Shown: piece after piece, positions 30,320 to 44,401 of the stretch
Numbering within the stretch: position 1 is the stretch's first letter
How the letters are laid out: each line of letters begins with the position of its first letter
DNA from: Eledone cirrhosa
Lineage: Eukaryota
Assembly: GCA_964016885.1 (NCBI GenBank)
Contig: OZ024751.1
Span: 19,406,001-19,470,000, forward strand
Reading direction: 5' to 3'
Length of the DNA stretch: 64,000 bases
Notes under the pieces: model-generated
Databases searched by the model: none
What the model was told of the DNA's origin: nothing
The model's input: only the letters and a program-made list of their open reading frames with translations
Program-made: the position numbers and the translations under genes

Positions 30320-30350
30320 TCTTCTGATGAAGGAGCAGTGTCCGAAACTA
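30320..30350 (+). ncRNA. Partial hammerhead core
   Basis: CTGATGA A GGA gcagtg TCC GAAAC; stems I and III not clear; about 50 bp upstream of a (TA)n tract. Confidence 0.4.
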
Positions 30351-30398
30351 ACATATTTCTTAATTGTACTGTGTTGTTTCCGTTTACTTTTTGCATAC

Positions 30399-30401
<3 letters not shown>

Positions 30402-30443
<42 letters not shown>

Positions 30444-30556
30444 TATATATATATATGTATATATATACATACGCACATATATATATATATATATGCATAT
30501 ATATATATATACATATGCATATATATATATATACATATGCATATATATATATATAC

Positions 30557-30587
<31 letters not shown>

Positions 30588-31568
30588 CATATGCATATAT
30601 ATATATATACATATGCATATATATATATATACATATGCATATATATATATATACATATGCATATATATATATATACATATGCATATATATATATACATAT
30701 GCATATATATATATACATATGCATATATATATATATACATATGCATATATATATATATATACATATGCATATATATATATACATATGCATATATATATAT
30801 ACATACGCATATATATATATATACATACGCATATATATATATATACATACGCATATATATATATACATACGCATATATATATATACATACGCATATATAT
30901 ATAATGCATATATATATAATGCATATATATATAATGCATATATATATATATACATACGCATATATACATACGCATATATATATATGCATATATATATATA
31001 CATATGCATATATACATATACGCACATATATATATATACTTATATATATATATATATATATATACTTATATGCATATATATATATATATACGCACATATA
31101 TATAGATACGCATATATATATATACGCATATATATATATACGCATATATATATACGCATATATATATATACGCATATATATATACGCATATATATATACG
31201 CATATATATATACGCATATATATATATATACGCATATATATATATATATGCATATATATATATACGCACATATATATATACATATATGCATATATATATA
31301 TACGCACATATATATATACATATATGCATATATATACATACGCACATATATATATACATATATGCATATATATACATACGCATATATATATACGCACATA
31401 CATATATATATATACATACATATATATATACATACATATATATATATACATACATATATATATATACATACATATATATATATATACGCACATACATATA
31501 TATATACGCACATACATATATATATATATATATATACGCACATACATATATATATATATATATATACG

Positions 31569-31601
<33 letters not shown>

Positions 31602-31655
31602 ACATACATATATATATATATACGCACATACATATATATATATATATATATACGC

Positions 31656-31690
<35 letters not shown>

Positions 31691-31733
31691 CGCACATATA
31701 TATATATACGCACATACATATATATATATACGC

Positions 31734-31775
<42 letters not shown>

Positions 31776-31815
31776 GCACATACATATATATGTATATATA
31801 TATATATGTATGTGC

Positions 31816-31847
<32 letters not shown>

Positions 31848-31890
31848 GCACATACATACATATATATATACATATATATATATATATACG

Positions 31891-31938
<48 letters not shown>

Positions 31939-31967
31939 CATACATACATACACATACATATATATAC

Positions 31968-32006
<39 letters not shown>
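30402..32006. repeat. Compound (TA)n/TACGCA microsatellite
   Basis: ATACATATGCAT / ATACGCACAT units; similar tracts at 44365-44946, 48660-49585 and 52130-53255. Confidence 0.95.
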
Positions 32007-32086
32007 AAATCCGTTTCTTGGACATTTTTAAAATCTGACAGAGCCCATCTCTCGCCAGGTCTAAATGCAGTCGAATTTTTCGAGAA

Positions 32087-32333
32087 AATGAGAGAGGGAG
32101 GAATGAGAGAGAGATGAATGAGAGAGAGAGGAATGAGAGAGGGGGGAATGAGAGAGGGGGGAATGAGAGAGAGTGGAATGAGAGAGGGAGGAATGAGAGA
32201 GAGAGGAATGAGAGAGAGAGGAATGAGAGAGGGGGGAATGAGAGAGAGTGGAATGAGAGAGGGGGGAATGAGAGAGAGTGGAATGAGAGAGGGAGGAATG
32301 AGAGAGAGAGGAATGAGAGAGGGGGGAATGAGA
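32087..32333. repeat. 15-bp purine minisatellite
   Basis: GGAATGAGAGAGNGN, about 16 copies. Confidence 0.9.
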
Positions 32334-32787
32334 AAAATATATATCGAGGAAGAATCGACTCCAGTACTTGACTGGTACTTTGAGCCTCGAAAAGATGAAA
32401 AGCAAAGTTGAGCTCGATGGGATTTGAACTCAGAGTGTATTCTATCCGACACCCGGCTCTGCCAGTTCGTATCTCTCTCTCTCTCTCTCTCGCTCTCAGA
32501 GAGAGAGAGAGAGTGTGTGTGTGTATATTTATAAAGAAAAACTTACCACCTACGCCCAAACTTTAAATGTCCCGTCCCACGGACACCTAAACCCCCCTCC
32601 ATTCCATCGTGTTTTAGCAGCTGAACTCAACACCCTACACACACACACACACACACACGTACCTTTTACTACACTGCATCTCCACCCACCCCTACTGTGA
32701 AGGTCAAATTGTTGCAATTAAATAGAAGACCTGATCAAACAACAACATTAAAGAAAAAAATGATACACATTAATAGACACCCATATT

Positions 32788-32822
<35 letters not shown>

Positions 32823-33214
32823 TTACATATACATATGTATGTAGAAATGACGGTGCGTGTGTGAGATTATATATATATATATATATGATGGCTGCCCCCT
32901 CGTTATCGAGTATGGCCATTGCACATGAAAAAAAAAAAAATAAATAAAATAAAAATAAATAAAAAAATAAAAAAAATAATAATAATAAATAAATTTAAAA
33001 AAAAAAAAAAAAAGAAATATATATATATATATATATACATACATACATACATACATACATACACACATACATACACATACACTCACACATATACACACAT
33101 ACATTAATAACAATAATAATAATAATAATAATAATAGCAATAATAATAATAACAACAACAATAATGATATACATATTCATATATATATATACACACACAC
33201 GCACGCACATAAGC

Positions 33215-33256
<42 letters not shown>

Positions 33257-33394
33257 TAGCAACTAACAGTGCTGCGATATATATATATACATACATACAT
33301 ACATACAGACTATCCCAAAGAAATGTATACACACTTCAACAGCATTCTAATAAATATGTGTATATATTTTTGGGGGTCACCCTGTGTGTGTTGT

Positions 33395-33450
<56 letters not shown>

Positions 33451-33634
33451 GCTGGAATGTAGATAAACGAATCAAAAAGTATGTGTTTAGTGGCTGAGGT
33501 CAACACGGTTCAAGACATACTAACGTCTTTCTCAACGATGTTTACCGAGATAATCTATACTTACATATAAAACTAGGCTCTCACACACACACACACACAC
33601 ACACACACGTATATAGCTGCATACGCACACGTAG

Positions 33635-33672
<38 letters not shown>

Positions 33673-33688
33673 ACACGTAGGTACATAG

Positions 33689-33730
<42 letters not shown>

Positions 33731-33824
33731 ATGTAGATGCATAAATACACATGCATAAATAGGCGCATACATGCATAGATAGATAGATACACACACATAC
33801 GTACGTACGTACATAAATACACCT

Positions 33825-33863
<39 letters not shown>

Positions 33864-34030
33864 AATATAAATATATAAATATATAAATATATAAATATAA
33901 ATATAAATATATAAATATAAATATATAAATATATATAAATATATAAATATAAATATATAAATATAAATATATAAATATAAATATATATAAATATAAATAT
34001 ATATATATAAATATATAAATATAAATATAT

Positions 34031-34081
<51 letters not shown>

Positions 34082-34466
34082 GGCACGCGGAAGTAAAATA
34101 GAATGATAAAACTAGATAGATACTTTCAGTCAATTTTAATTAAGAAAACACACACACAAACACACACAAACACACACACACAAACACACACAAACACAAA
34201 CACACACACACAAACAAACACACACAAACACACACACACAAACACACGTATTTATAGCGATTATTTCAACTATACATTCCGAGTTCAAATCCTGCCAAGG
34301 TTAGCTGTGCATGTCATCCTTGCGGGATCGATAAGATAAAGCCCCTGTAATGCACTGGGGTTGATTTTATTGTGAATAGTGCAGTTTTAAATCAAACTAC
34401 TTTTCATATGTTGATTTAAAACTGCACTATTCACAAGTGGGTTTTAACCCCCATATCATGTCTCCC

Positions 34467-34537
34467 TATTTTATCTGACGAAAACGCAAATGTGATTGCA
34501 TGATGATATTTGTTTTTGAAATGCGCATAATAAAATA
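34467..34537 (+). ncRNA. Type-I hammerhead motif (family B)
   Basis: TATTTTAT CTGACGA AAACGCAAAT...ATTTGTTTTT GAA ATGCGCAT A ATAAAATA; lies in element about 34371-34664, homologous to 62611-63033. Confidence 0.78.
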
Positions 34538-34660
34538 CATGGAACTATTTTAACCATCTTTTGATCTTATATATTATTTATACTCCAGTCCTACAAACTG
34601 TAGAGTGCTTCTTATCCGATATCTGCATTGCTTTATTGTACTACAATAAAACTCACCTCC

Positions 34661-34711
<51 letters not shown>

Positions 34712-34757
34712 ATACAAAGACATATGTGCTTGTACATATACTGTGTGTGGGGGGGTG

Positions 34758-34796
<39 letters not shown>

Positions 34797-34800
<4 letters not shown>

Positions 34801-34912
34801 GTTTCTACTTTTGGCACAAAGCCCACCAATCACCCAGTACATTACTGGTACTTTATTTTATCGACCCCCGTAAGGATGAAAGGCAAAGTCAACCTCGGCG
34901 GGATTTGAACTA
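34797..34912 (-). mobile_element. Major SINE 3' half
   Basis: Consensus match; similar fragments at 10330-10426, 32345-32465, 34268-34370, 42985-43055 and 53520-53656. Confidence 0.78.
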
Positions 34913-35373
34913 AAATATATATATATAATACATATAAAAAATAATATAGAAATGCATACAGATATATGTGTGTGTGTGTGCGTGTGTGTGTCTGTGTGTA
35001 TATATATATATATAAAGATATCAATGAATGAATAAGCTCGAAAAAGTAAGAAAGTGGGTAGCTGTGAAAACCATGATAAGAAGTTGAGAAATCATAGCAA
35101 ATATTTAGACAATTGGATGATTGAGAGACTTAAAGTTCTAAAAATAGAGACTGTGCAGAACGGTGTTGGTGGCGGGAGCAGGTGTCGTAGAGGTAGCCCT
35201 ATCAAATTCCTGGCTCTCGGACAAGAGGGTCCCAGAACCCTCTTGGTCAATGGCACCACCCCCACTACCATATTATAGACAATACAGTCATAGATTCCCT
35301 ACAAACCCATCATTGTATTGGGTTCAAAATATACTCCTATCAACTGTATCGTTGTTAGTCTGTGTATACACAA

Positions 35374-35414
<41 letters not shown>

Positions 35415-35764
35415 TTCACGGACAACAGAAAAGTGTACTCAATACTGAAGTAGGGTTTTCGGTATTGAGTACTTTTCTCTCGTTCGTAAACTACATACGT
35501 ATATATATATATATATATAATCAAGGTTTAGCAAATAGAGAAAAAGTTCTAAAATACTATATTTACCCTTACCGCGCGGTTTCAAGTCTCAAAATAAATG
35601 GATAATCCATGCGGACCACTGAACTTTGACCCCTTGCCTTCTATCTTTACACTCGGCACTAGACAAGATTGTTTCTTTATCATACACTCTCATCCAGCAA
35701 CAGTTTTGTATGGCACCAGTTCGTGATTTGAACTCGGGAATTTTATATTTTCCGAGTGAGAAGA

Positions 35765-35848
35765 ACCCTCTGACGAGAGTCTCCTTCTCAATGGTGTACC
35801 GCATGGATTATCCATCTATTTGGCGACTTGAAACCGCGCGGTAAGGGT
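35765..35848 (+). ncRNA. Type-I hammerhead motif with intact core
   Basis: ACCCT CTGACGA GAGTC...GACTT GAA ACCGCGCGGT A AGGGT: stem I ACCCT/AGGGT, 10-nt palindromic stem III, GUA triplet. Confidence 0.8.
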
Positions 35849-36033
35849 AAATATAGTAAGTACAGCAAACTTTTTAAAATTTATTTTAGAACTTTTTCTC
35901 TCTTTGCTAAACCTTGATTATATATGTTCTGGCTCGTTAATTTATTAACCTGCCATAGAACCACATTGGCATACGGTTGGATAATACTTGTATCCCTATA
36001 TGTATTTTTTACACGTAGGAACACATACTTTAT

Positions 36034-36067
<34 letters not shown>

Positions 36068-36375
36068 ACCTAAACCAACTGATTATGGCCTCCGATCTTT
36101 TTAATACTATATATATATATATATATATTAGAAAGTGAGGTTTTTTTTACAAAATGAAAAATAACCGAGGTGTCCTACACGAGTGGAAGTATAAAGAAAA
36201 AGGGATGAAATCGAAAATGCAACTGAAGTCTTATTTTTTTAAAAAATATATATATTTATTTGGTTCCTTTACCGGTTTCGCAGTTCTTCTGCTTTTCAAA
36301 AGGTGAGTTGAGATGGAGGGTCTGTGGTTTTTCTCACATCGGTGAGAAAAACCACAGACCCTCCATCTCAACTCA

Positions 36376-36413
36376 CCTTTTGAAAAGCAGAAGAACTGCG
36401 AAACCGGTAAAGG
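36376..36413 (+). ncRNA. Degenerate-core hammerhead in a 300-bp palindrome (mirror copy on - strand about 36266-36303)
   Basis: CCTT TTGAAAA GCAG aagaa CTGC GAA ACCGGT A AAGG: all three stems form, but the core has C3->U and G8->A. Confidence 0.65.
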
Positions 36414-36482
36414 AACCAAATAAATATATATATTTTTAAAAAAAATAAGACTTCAGTTGCATTTTCGATTTCATCCCTTTTT

Positions 36483-36519
<37 letters not shown>

Positions 36520-36525
36520 CTATAA

Positions 36526-36592
36526 CATCTCTGACGACCGATCCAGACGTATATATTATTATCGTCTGTGATCCAGAAACCTTTGGTAATGG
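36526..36592 (+). ncRNA. Hammerhead-like motif
   Basis: CTGACGA (36531); stem II GATC-CAGACG...CGTCTG-TGATC; GAA ACC ttt GGT A; stem I weak; sits between two (TA)n tracts. Confidence 0.55.
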
Positions 36593-36625
36593 AGTAGTTA
36601 TATTTTGTGTTGTTCACTTTCTAAT

Positions 36626-36678
<53 letters not shown>

Positions 36679-36952
36679 GGGGGGGTATATGTGTGTATGG
36701 AGAGAGAGAGAAAGAGAGAGAGAGAAGGGGTGGGGGGGGGCTTCAGTTATATCAAAAGCACGACAACCTCCCTTAGAGCTGGTAGAGCGGGCTGTACGTA
36801 TCTAAGTGAAATGTGGGGTCCCTGCACTAATTGAGGGGATCGGTAGCTCTGCTTGCGGATTGTCCAACACTTGTTAGAAGATAGAAAAAGATGTTAGCCA
36901 AAGACGAAACGTCTGTGTTCCTACATGGGTAAAATTATAGGTGCGTCTAAGT

Positions 36953-37039
<87 letters not shown>

Positions 37040-37074
37040 ATGCTAAAACATGTGTTTGTGTGTGCGCAAGAACA

Positions 37075-37106
<32 letters not shown>

Positions 37107-37653
37107 CTAGAACACGTGTGTGTGTGTGTGTGTGTGTGCAAGAACATGTGTGTGTGTGTGTTTCTAGGTGTGCATGCAAGCACTCTATGTATACGTGTCT
37201 AAGTATGCGTGTGTACGAAAGCACCTGTAATTGTATGCATGGGCAAGTGAGTATACGCGTACTTGTGTGTGTGTTTACTTGAGAAGACTTGTGTGTGTGT
37301 GTGTGTGTGTGTGACTGCACACGCTCAAGAGCACTTGTATGTATGTGTGAGTTTGTGTGAGTGTTTCTGGGCGTGCATGCAAGACCGCCTGTATGTGCAC
37401 GTGTACACGCACGTGTATGTAAAAAAGCACTTGTAACTATGCATGGATGGTTATGTATGCATGTTTCTGCGTGTGTGTAAGAACACCTGTGTATGCGTGT
37501 ATGGCTGTCCAAAAACAGTTGTCTGTATGCATACATGTTATGCATACATGTGTGTGTGTGTGTGTGCGTGCGTGCAAGAACGTCAATGTTTATACATGTG
37601 TATGTACTTGGCGTTTCTGTGCGCGCGTGTGTGTGCATGAAACAACAGTTGCA

Positions 37654-37709
<56 letters not shown>

Positions 37710-39924
37710 CACGTATTTCTGCATTTGCGCAAAACCATGTGTATCTTCATGTATGAGTGTATTTCTTTGTGTGTGTGTGTGTGCGTGCGATACCATGATG
37801 CGTTTGCATGTGTGTGTTTCCGCGCCTGCAAGAACACTTGTATGTGTGTGTATGCATACGTGTGTGACTATACGTATGTGTGGATGGGTGTATGTCTATG
37901 AATATGTGTGTGTATGTGTGCAAACGTGCGTGTGTGTGTGTGTGTGTCTATGTCTATGCACACGTGTGTTTGTGTGTGCGTGTGTGTGTCTATGCACACA
38001 CGTGTGTGTATAGGAGCATGGACACAGTCAGTTGTGTCCGACTGTGCAGTCAACAAGCTAAAACTGTGTGATTCGGCTGTGTAAATATTTTCATAATTTT
38101 AATGAAAAAACACCAACAGATAAACACTAACTCCACAGACAGACCATTCAGGAATGTTTGTTGTTCCCCTCCTACACCACCACCACCACACACCACCATG
38201 GCCCCCACCAGCCCCATACCCACCACCATCACACCCCACCATGTCCCCCACCAGCGCCATACCCAGCCCCATACCCACCACCATCACACCCCAGTCACAT
38301 ACCCACCACCACCACCACCACACACCACCAGCCCCATACCAACCACTACCACCACCACACACCACCTGGCCCCCACCAGCCCCATACCCACCACCATCAC
38401 ACCCCAGCCACATACCCACCACCACCATGACCTCCACCAGCCCCATACCAACCACCACCACACACCACCATGTCCCCCACCAGCGCCATACCCAGCCCCA
38501 TACCCACCACCATCACACACCCACCACCACCACACACCCACCACCACCACACATCATGCCCCCCACCCCCTACCAGCCCCATACCCACCGCCATACACAT
38601 CACCACCAGCCCCATACTCACCAACATACACACCACCACCACTCCCATACATCACCACCAACACACAGCAGGGCTACCACCACCACCACCACTACCACCG
38701 CGTACACCACCACCACGACCGCCGCGTACACCACCAACACACAGCAGCGCTACCACCACCACCACCACCACCACCGCGTACTCCACCACCAATACACAGC
38801 AACGCTACCACCAACACACAGCAGCGCCACCACCACCACCAACACTCAGCAGCGCTACCACCACCGCCATCATGTACACCACCACCACGTACACCACCAC
38901 CAATACACAGCAACGCTACCACCACCAGCAACACACAGCAACGCTACCACCACCACCGCCACCACCAACACACAGCAATGCTACCACCACCACCGCCACC
39001 ACCAACACACAGCAATGCTACCACCGTCACCACCATTTCTACATTCCACAGTCTACCATCGTACACATAATTCTACATTGCTCTTTCGTCTGCCTAACCG
39101 TACAGCCACAACACCACCACCACCACCACAACAACCATGAGTGCACCACTTCACCGCCACCACCATCATCATCATCACTACCGTCTCCACCGCCACAATC
39201 ATTTAGTGGCACCGTCATCACCACTACCACCATCACCACTACCGCCAACACTGCCACCAGCTCCACCACCGCCGCCACCACTACACGCCACCAACACTAC
39301 CGCCAACACCACCACCACCGCCGCCACTACAAGCCACCAGCACTGCCGCCATCACCACTACCACCATCACCACTACCGCCACTTCAACGACACCATCACC
39401 ACTACCGCTAACACCACCACCAACACAACCACCGCCACCAACACTGCCACCACCACTGCCACACGCCACTACAACAACCACCATCACCACCACCACCACC
39501 ACTATCTTTAATATATCATCAACTATACACTGTATTTCATTGTGATTCAGAAATATGTTTCAAAACCAACAAAAACCAATTAAAAGATCAAAACAAAATT
39601 TCCTTTCTGTTGCCGATAATACATTCTAATTAAGGCACAGGGCCAGAAATTGGTGGAGGGTGGGTTGATTATTATTATTACCCCTTACTCCTTCCGACCA
39701 CTGGCTCTTTACTCTTGATGGAGTCGTAGGGGCGCTATTTTTCATATTTATATCTGTCAGAAAGAATGCTTTGCAGTTCTCGTCCAAGATCTCTCTCTGA
39801 GTTCAAATCCCGCCGATGATGACCCTGTGGTAAACAGGCATCACTCAAGAGTACCAAGTCTCACTATTCAGCCTCAATAAAATGATTATTAAAACTACTT
39901 CGGTATTGAGTACTTCTTTCTCTC

Positions 39925-40261
39925 AGCCGTGTGGCTTAGTGGTTAGAGGGTTTCCATTCCCGGAGCCGGCAACACATTGTGTCTGAGCAAGACACTTTAT
40001 TTCACGTTGCCCCTGTTCACTCAATTGCCAAGCTGCATTGATCTTTGACTTTCTCTTGGACACCATCATGTATAGTGAATATATAATATATAATTGTTTC
40101 AACGCTAGGCACAAGGCCAGCAATTACCCAATGTATTACTGGTACTTTATTTTATCGACCCCGTAAGGATGAAAGGCAAAGTTAACCTCGGCGGGATTTG
40201 AACTCAGAATGGCAAGGGCCGTAACTATGCGCCACTCTACCAATACTGCCAATCCACCGCC
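39925..40261. mobile_element. CORE-SINE fragment (+, 39925-40035) and full major SINE (-, 40092-40261)
   Basis: Matches to the two SINE consensuses above. Confidence 0.75.
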
Positions 40262-40644
40262 TATATATAATATTTATATAATTTTTTATATAGTACATAC
40301 ATGTTGCGACATCTCTAGTGCCAAGATGTATGGGCTTTGCCTTTTCCCTTGGATAACATCGGTGGTATGAGCGGGGGTGTCTGATATATATGGGCAACTC
40401 CTGGTCGTTCACAAACACCCATCCAAAGACAGTGGGTTCACAGAAGAGAGACATCACACTTCTCTTCATTTAGATGTTTAGTTCTGAGTCAAACTATTTA
40501 TATAGAAACAAATAAATATATGCCTCTACAAAAAGTATTGAGTAATCTTTGCTTTCACTGTGTACCCACCCACCTTTATTCATATATATATATACATATT
40601 ATACGATATTAACAAATGGAAACTATATTTATAAAACCATATTT

Positions 40645-40707
40645 ATTTCATTATACATATTTCAAGGACACCAACTTAAATTATGGTGTGCTTTCATCAG
40701 ATAAAAT
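40645..40707 (-). ncRNA. Type-I hammerhead motif (family A), sense to SCAPER, inside the 20.9-kb intron
   Basis: Reverse complement: ATTTTAT CTGATGA AAGCACACCA..TGGTGTCCTT GAA ATATGTAT A ATGAAAT. Confidence 0.78.
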
Positions 40708-40752
40708 GTCAATATTTATTTATAAAACTGCTTTATAACTGCTCTATATTAT

Positions 40753-40815
40753 ATTTTATCTGATGAAAGGACACCATAATTTAACTTGGTGTCCTTGAAA
40801 TATGTATAATGAAAT
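40753..40815 (+). ncRNA. Type-I hammerhead motif (family A)
   Basis: ATTTTAT CTGATGA AAGGACACCA taatttaact TGGTGTCCTT GAA ATATGTAT A ATGAAAT; perfect 10-bp stem II. Confidence 0.82.
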
Positions 40816-40954
40816 AAATATGGTTTTATAAATATAGTTTCCATTTGTTAATATCGTATTTTTACTCCAATTATTTGTTGAGTGCTTTATATCAGTTATA
40901 AAAATATTTGCTTGTTGTATCCCAACAATTTAAATAGAACTTTTACATATACAT

Positions 40955-40986
<32 letters not shown>

Positions 40987-41924
40987 TACATACATAAATA
41001 ACATACATATATATATATATATATATACGCATACACATGCATAAACATATATACATGCACATATATACATACACATATACATACACATATACATACACAT
41101 ATATACACAAATATATACAAATACATATATATATATATATATACATACACATATATAGACATACATATACATACACACACACGTGGATATATGCATACAC
41201 GCGATAGGCAATCAAATTTATTTGCGCCTATCACAATTCATCCTCAGTTATTTTAGATTATTTTACATGTCAAATCTTCCTCTCTATATATATACATTAT
41301 ATATATGAGTACATATATATACACACACAATACTGGAGTTTGTCTTGACCATTCTTTATCTCCGAATTGAGAAGCAATTTGTTACATCATAAACAAAAAC
41401 AACAGCCTGAAAATATTTGAAATAACTAATAAAAAGCAAAAACATCTGCCACAATATATATATATATATACTTTTTTTTCTTCAATTGTATTTTACACTC
41501 AATCAAAAACTACAGGCTCTTAATATAATGAACATGTAGAGACAGAAACAGCATGTCAGTTATATTTGTGTATACAGTAACTTTAAACATGGCCTACAGT
41601 AAACAAACAGTTGAGGTTTCTTCTTTATATGTGAAAGAAAATTAATTTCACTAAATGTACATTTATTTAATTAATGCAGTTGACAATACAAAATATGAAG
41701 GCGTGCAGGTGGCCTAGTGGTTGGCATGTTGGATAATAATAATAATGTCACAGGTTCGATTTCTGGACCTGGTTAGACCATCAGAAGACAGACACAAAGA
41801 GAAAAATAAAAACAAAAAGAAATCACGTGTAGTTTCTTGTTAGCCAGCTTGGAAACATATAAGCTATTATTTACAGCAACCGACTGTATTTAGTTATTTT
41901 CTGTGTCTGAGTTTCCTACATTTT

Positions 41925-42370
41925 CATAGATATTCTCCTTTTCGCTAATCTTTAATATTATATTGGCATCTGCTGGGCAACTAACTTCCACTACTGTGCA
42001 TGCCTTCTTTTCCTTGTCCTATATCTGGTCTGTTATGCTTGCATTTTATTGGGGTTTTGAATGGAACATTCCACCAGTAATCTTTCATATTATGTATGTG
42101 TATATCTTCTACATTGCTGTAACCTTTAATATGTTTATTGTCAAGGCTATCTTTTCTACAAATTGCATCATATAGTGTTTTGGCCACTACATTATGCCTC
42201 ATAGGTAGACAGTACCGTGATGACATCTTTGGACAGCTGCTTATGACATGGGTGATATCTTCGATGTTAGTTCTGCAGAGTGTGCACTTGTTGTCACATC
42301 TAGGTGTTTTGCCTGCATCCCTATCTCTTTTGTGAATCAGGCATTTCGTATTGAATCAGGTATTTCTTTT
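41925..42370 (-). mobile_element. Degenerate fragment of an RLE-type non-LTR retrotransposon (R4/Dong-like): CCHC knuckle plus restriction-like endonuclease
   Basis: Minus strand reads KCTLCRTNIEDITHVISSC (CX2CX8HX4C), PMRHNVVAK (RHN motif), WWNVPFKTPIKCKHNRPDI, then after a frameshift DKEKKACTVVEVSCPADANIILKISEKENIY (PD..E..P..K motifs). Confidence 0.85.
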
Positions 42371-42767
42371 GTTGAGCAAGAGACTCCTAGTCTTCGTTGA
42401 GACATCTCTCTAGGAGAAGGTCTTTCTTATATAAAATCTACAACTTCATTAGCATCCAATGATGTAGACCAATTCTTCTTTATGGGCAAATGTATTTGAT
42501 GTTCAGAGAGTGGGATTGGCCCCGTGCAAAGTCTTTCCTCACTTAAAAAAAGCTTCAAGTATAGGCATCGCTTGATATGTGACATATTTTGCGATGCATG
42601 GTATTGCTGGCCATAGGCAAGTCCCTAGCAGGACTAAAAAGCCATGTCCATGATGCTCATGCTTAAGTATCAAGCGATGGCATTACTCGAAATCGAATTG
42701 TCGCCATCATGTATGTATGAGAGAGAGAGAGAGTATGAGAGAGAATGAGAGAGAGTAATAATCTTAC

Positions 42768-42917
42768 CTGATTATCAGAGTTTAGCACCGTAAAGTTTCC
42801 AATACAGAGGATCACCTCATGTAGTAATTCTTCACAGAGGTGGTGAGATGAATACCACACCAAATAACTGGCAATGTGGCGAAACTCCAAGGACATACCT
42901 TCTTCTCCAAGGGATTG
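42768..42917 (-). CDS. SCAPER: SCAPER coding exon immediately upstream of the 21659-21850 exon, 50 codons, phase 0/0
   Basis: Translates QSLGEEGMSLEFRHIASYLVWYSSHHLCEELLHEVILCIGNFTVLNSDNQ (recalled vertebrate: GAEGLSLAFRHMAS...CESLLHEVIVCVGYFTVNHPDNQ). Acceptor ctatttgtag| and donor CAG|gtaaga; 150 nt; joins in frame to the next exon as ...DNQ|NIVQSG. Confidence 0.93.
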
Positions 42918-43800
42918 CTACAAATAGACAAACAACACAATACAATCAGAATAATAAGATTATTATAATTATTATTCTTTAATTACGGGGTCGATAAAAT
43001 AAAGTACCAGTAATGCACTGGGTAATTGCTGGCCTTGTGCCAAAAGTAGAAAATTATAATTATTATTCTTTAAACTTATAATAATGATTATTCTTTAATG
43101 ACTGAAAGAATGCGATCATGAATACAAGTGACCGAAATGGGGTTCCCTCCGAAGGGTCTTTGGTGTAATGTTACTTGATAAAGTGTGGAGCTCAGAGATC
43201 ATAGAGTTGCTTCAGAAGTATTTTTTTTAAACTAGAACTTAGGGGAGTAAGTTCCGTGTCAACTGGTGTACCTGCTCTGGTACACACACACCTGACATTG
43301 GTGTGTATAAGAGCAACAAAAAGAGAAACAGACGAACTGGGTGGGAGTAAGAGAGACAGATAGACAGACAGAGAGGGTGTGTTGGGGGATCAGAGAGATA
43401 GAGAGGGGAGAGAGAAGAGAGAGGGGAGAGAGAAGAGAGAGACAGAGTGACAAAGAGGCATGGTGTGTAAGTATGTGAGAGAGAAAACATACAGGGGATA
43501 TGTGTGAGAGGAGAGAGTGAGACAGACAGAAGGAGAGAATGTGTGAGTGGTTGCAATGTGTGAGAGAGAGAGAGAGAGAGGTTGTGAGGGAGAGGAGAGG
43601 AGAGAGGTTGTGAGGGAGAGGAGAGGAGAGAGGTTGTGAGGGAGAGGAGAGGAGAGGTTGTGAGGGAGAGGAGAGAGTGAGACAGACAGAGAGAAGGAGA
43701 GATGAGTGTTTGCAATGTGCGCAGGAGAGAGAGAGAGAAAGAGAGACAGAGACAGAGGTTGTGTGGGAGGGGAGAGACAGACAGAAGGAGAGATGAGTGC

Positions 43801-43858
<58 letters not shown>

Positions 43859-44370
43859 GGTTGTGTGGGAGAGGAGAGACAGACAGAGGTTGTGTGGGAG
43901 AGGAGAGACAGACAGAAGGAGAGATGAGTGTTTGCGATGTGTGCAGGAGAGAGAGAGACACAGAGGTGTGCAGGAGAGAGAGAGAGAGGGAGAGAGAGAG
44001 GTGTGCAGAGGAGAGAGAGAGAGAGAGAGAGAGGTGTGCAAGAGAGAGAGAGAGAGAGGTGTGCAAGAGAGAGAGAGGTTGTGCAGGAGAGAAGATTCTT
44101 TCCACTAATCAAAGAAAGAAAAAAACCCGCCAAAGTCAAACCAAGTCACATCAAACACAAAGCAATGTGTTAGTTTTACCACCCATAAATACTGTAACCT
44201 TGGCGATCCCTGCCCTACCTAGTCTACTGTGTGTGTTTATGTGAGGGCAGGGAACCTTGTTTTGATTAGATTGCATTCATATCACCAGTATCCCCACCAG
44301 ACATTGTTATTCTCACCAGGCACTATCTCCTCTTTTGTATTTCTCCTTTCCCACTCCTCTACCTATATAC

Positions 44371-44401
<31 letters not shown>

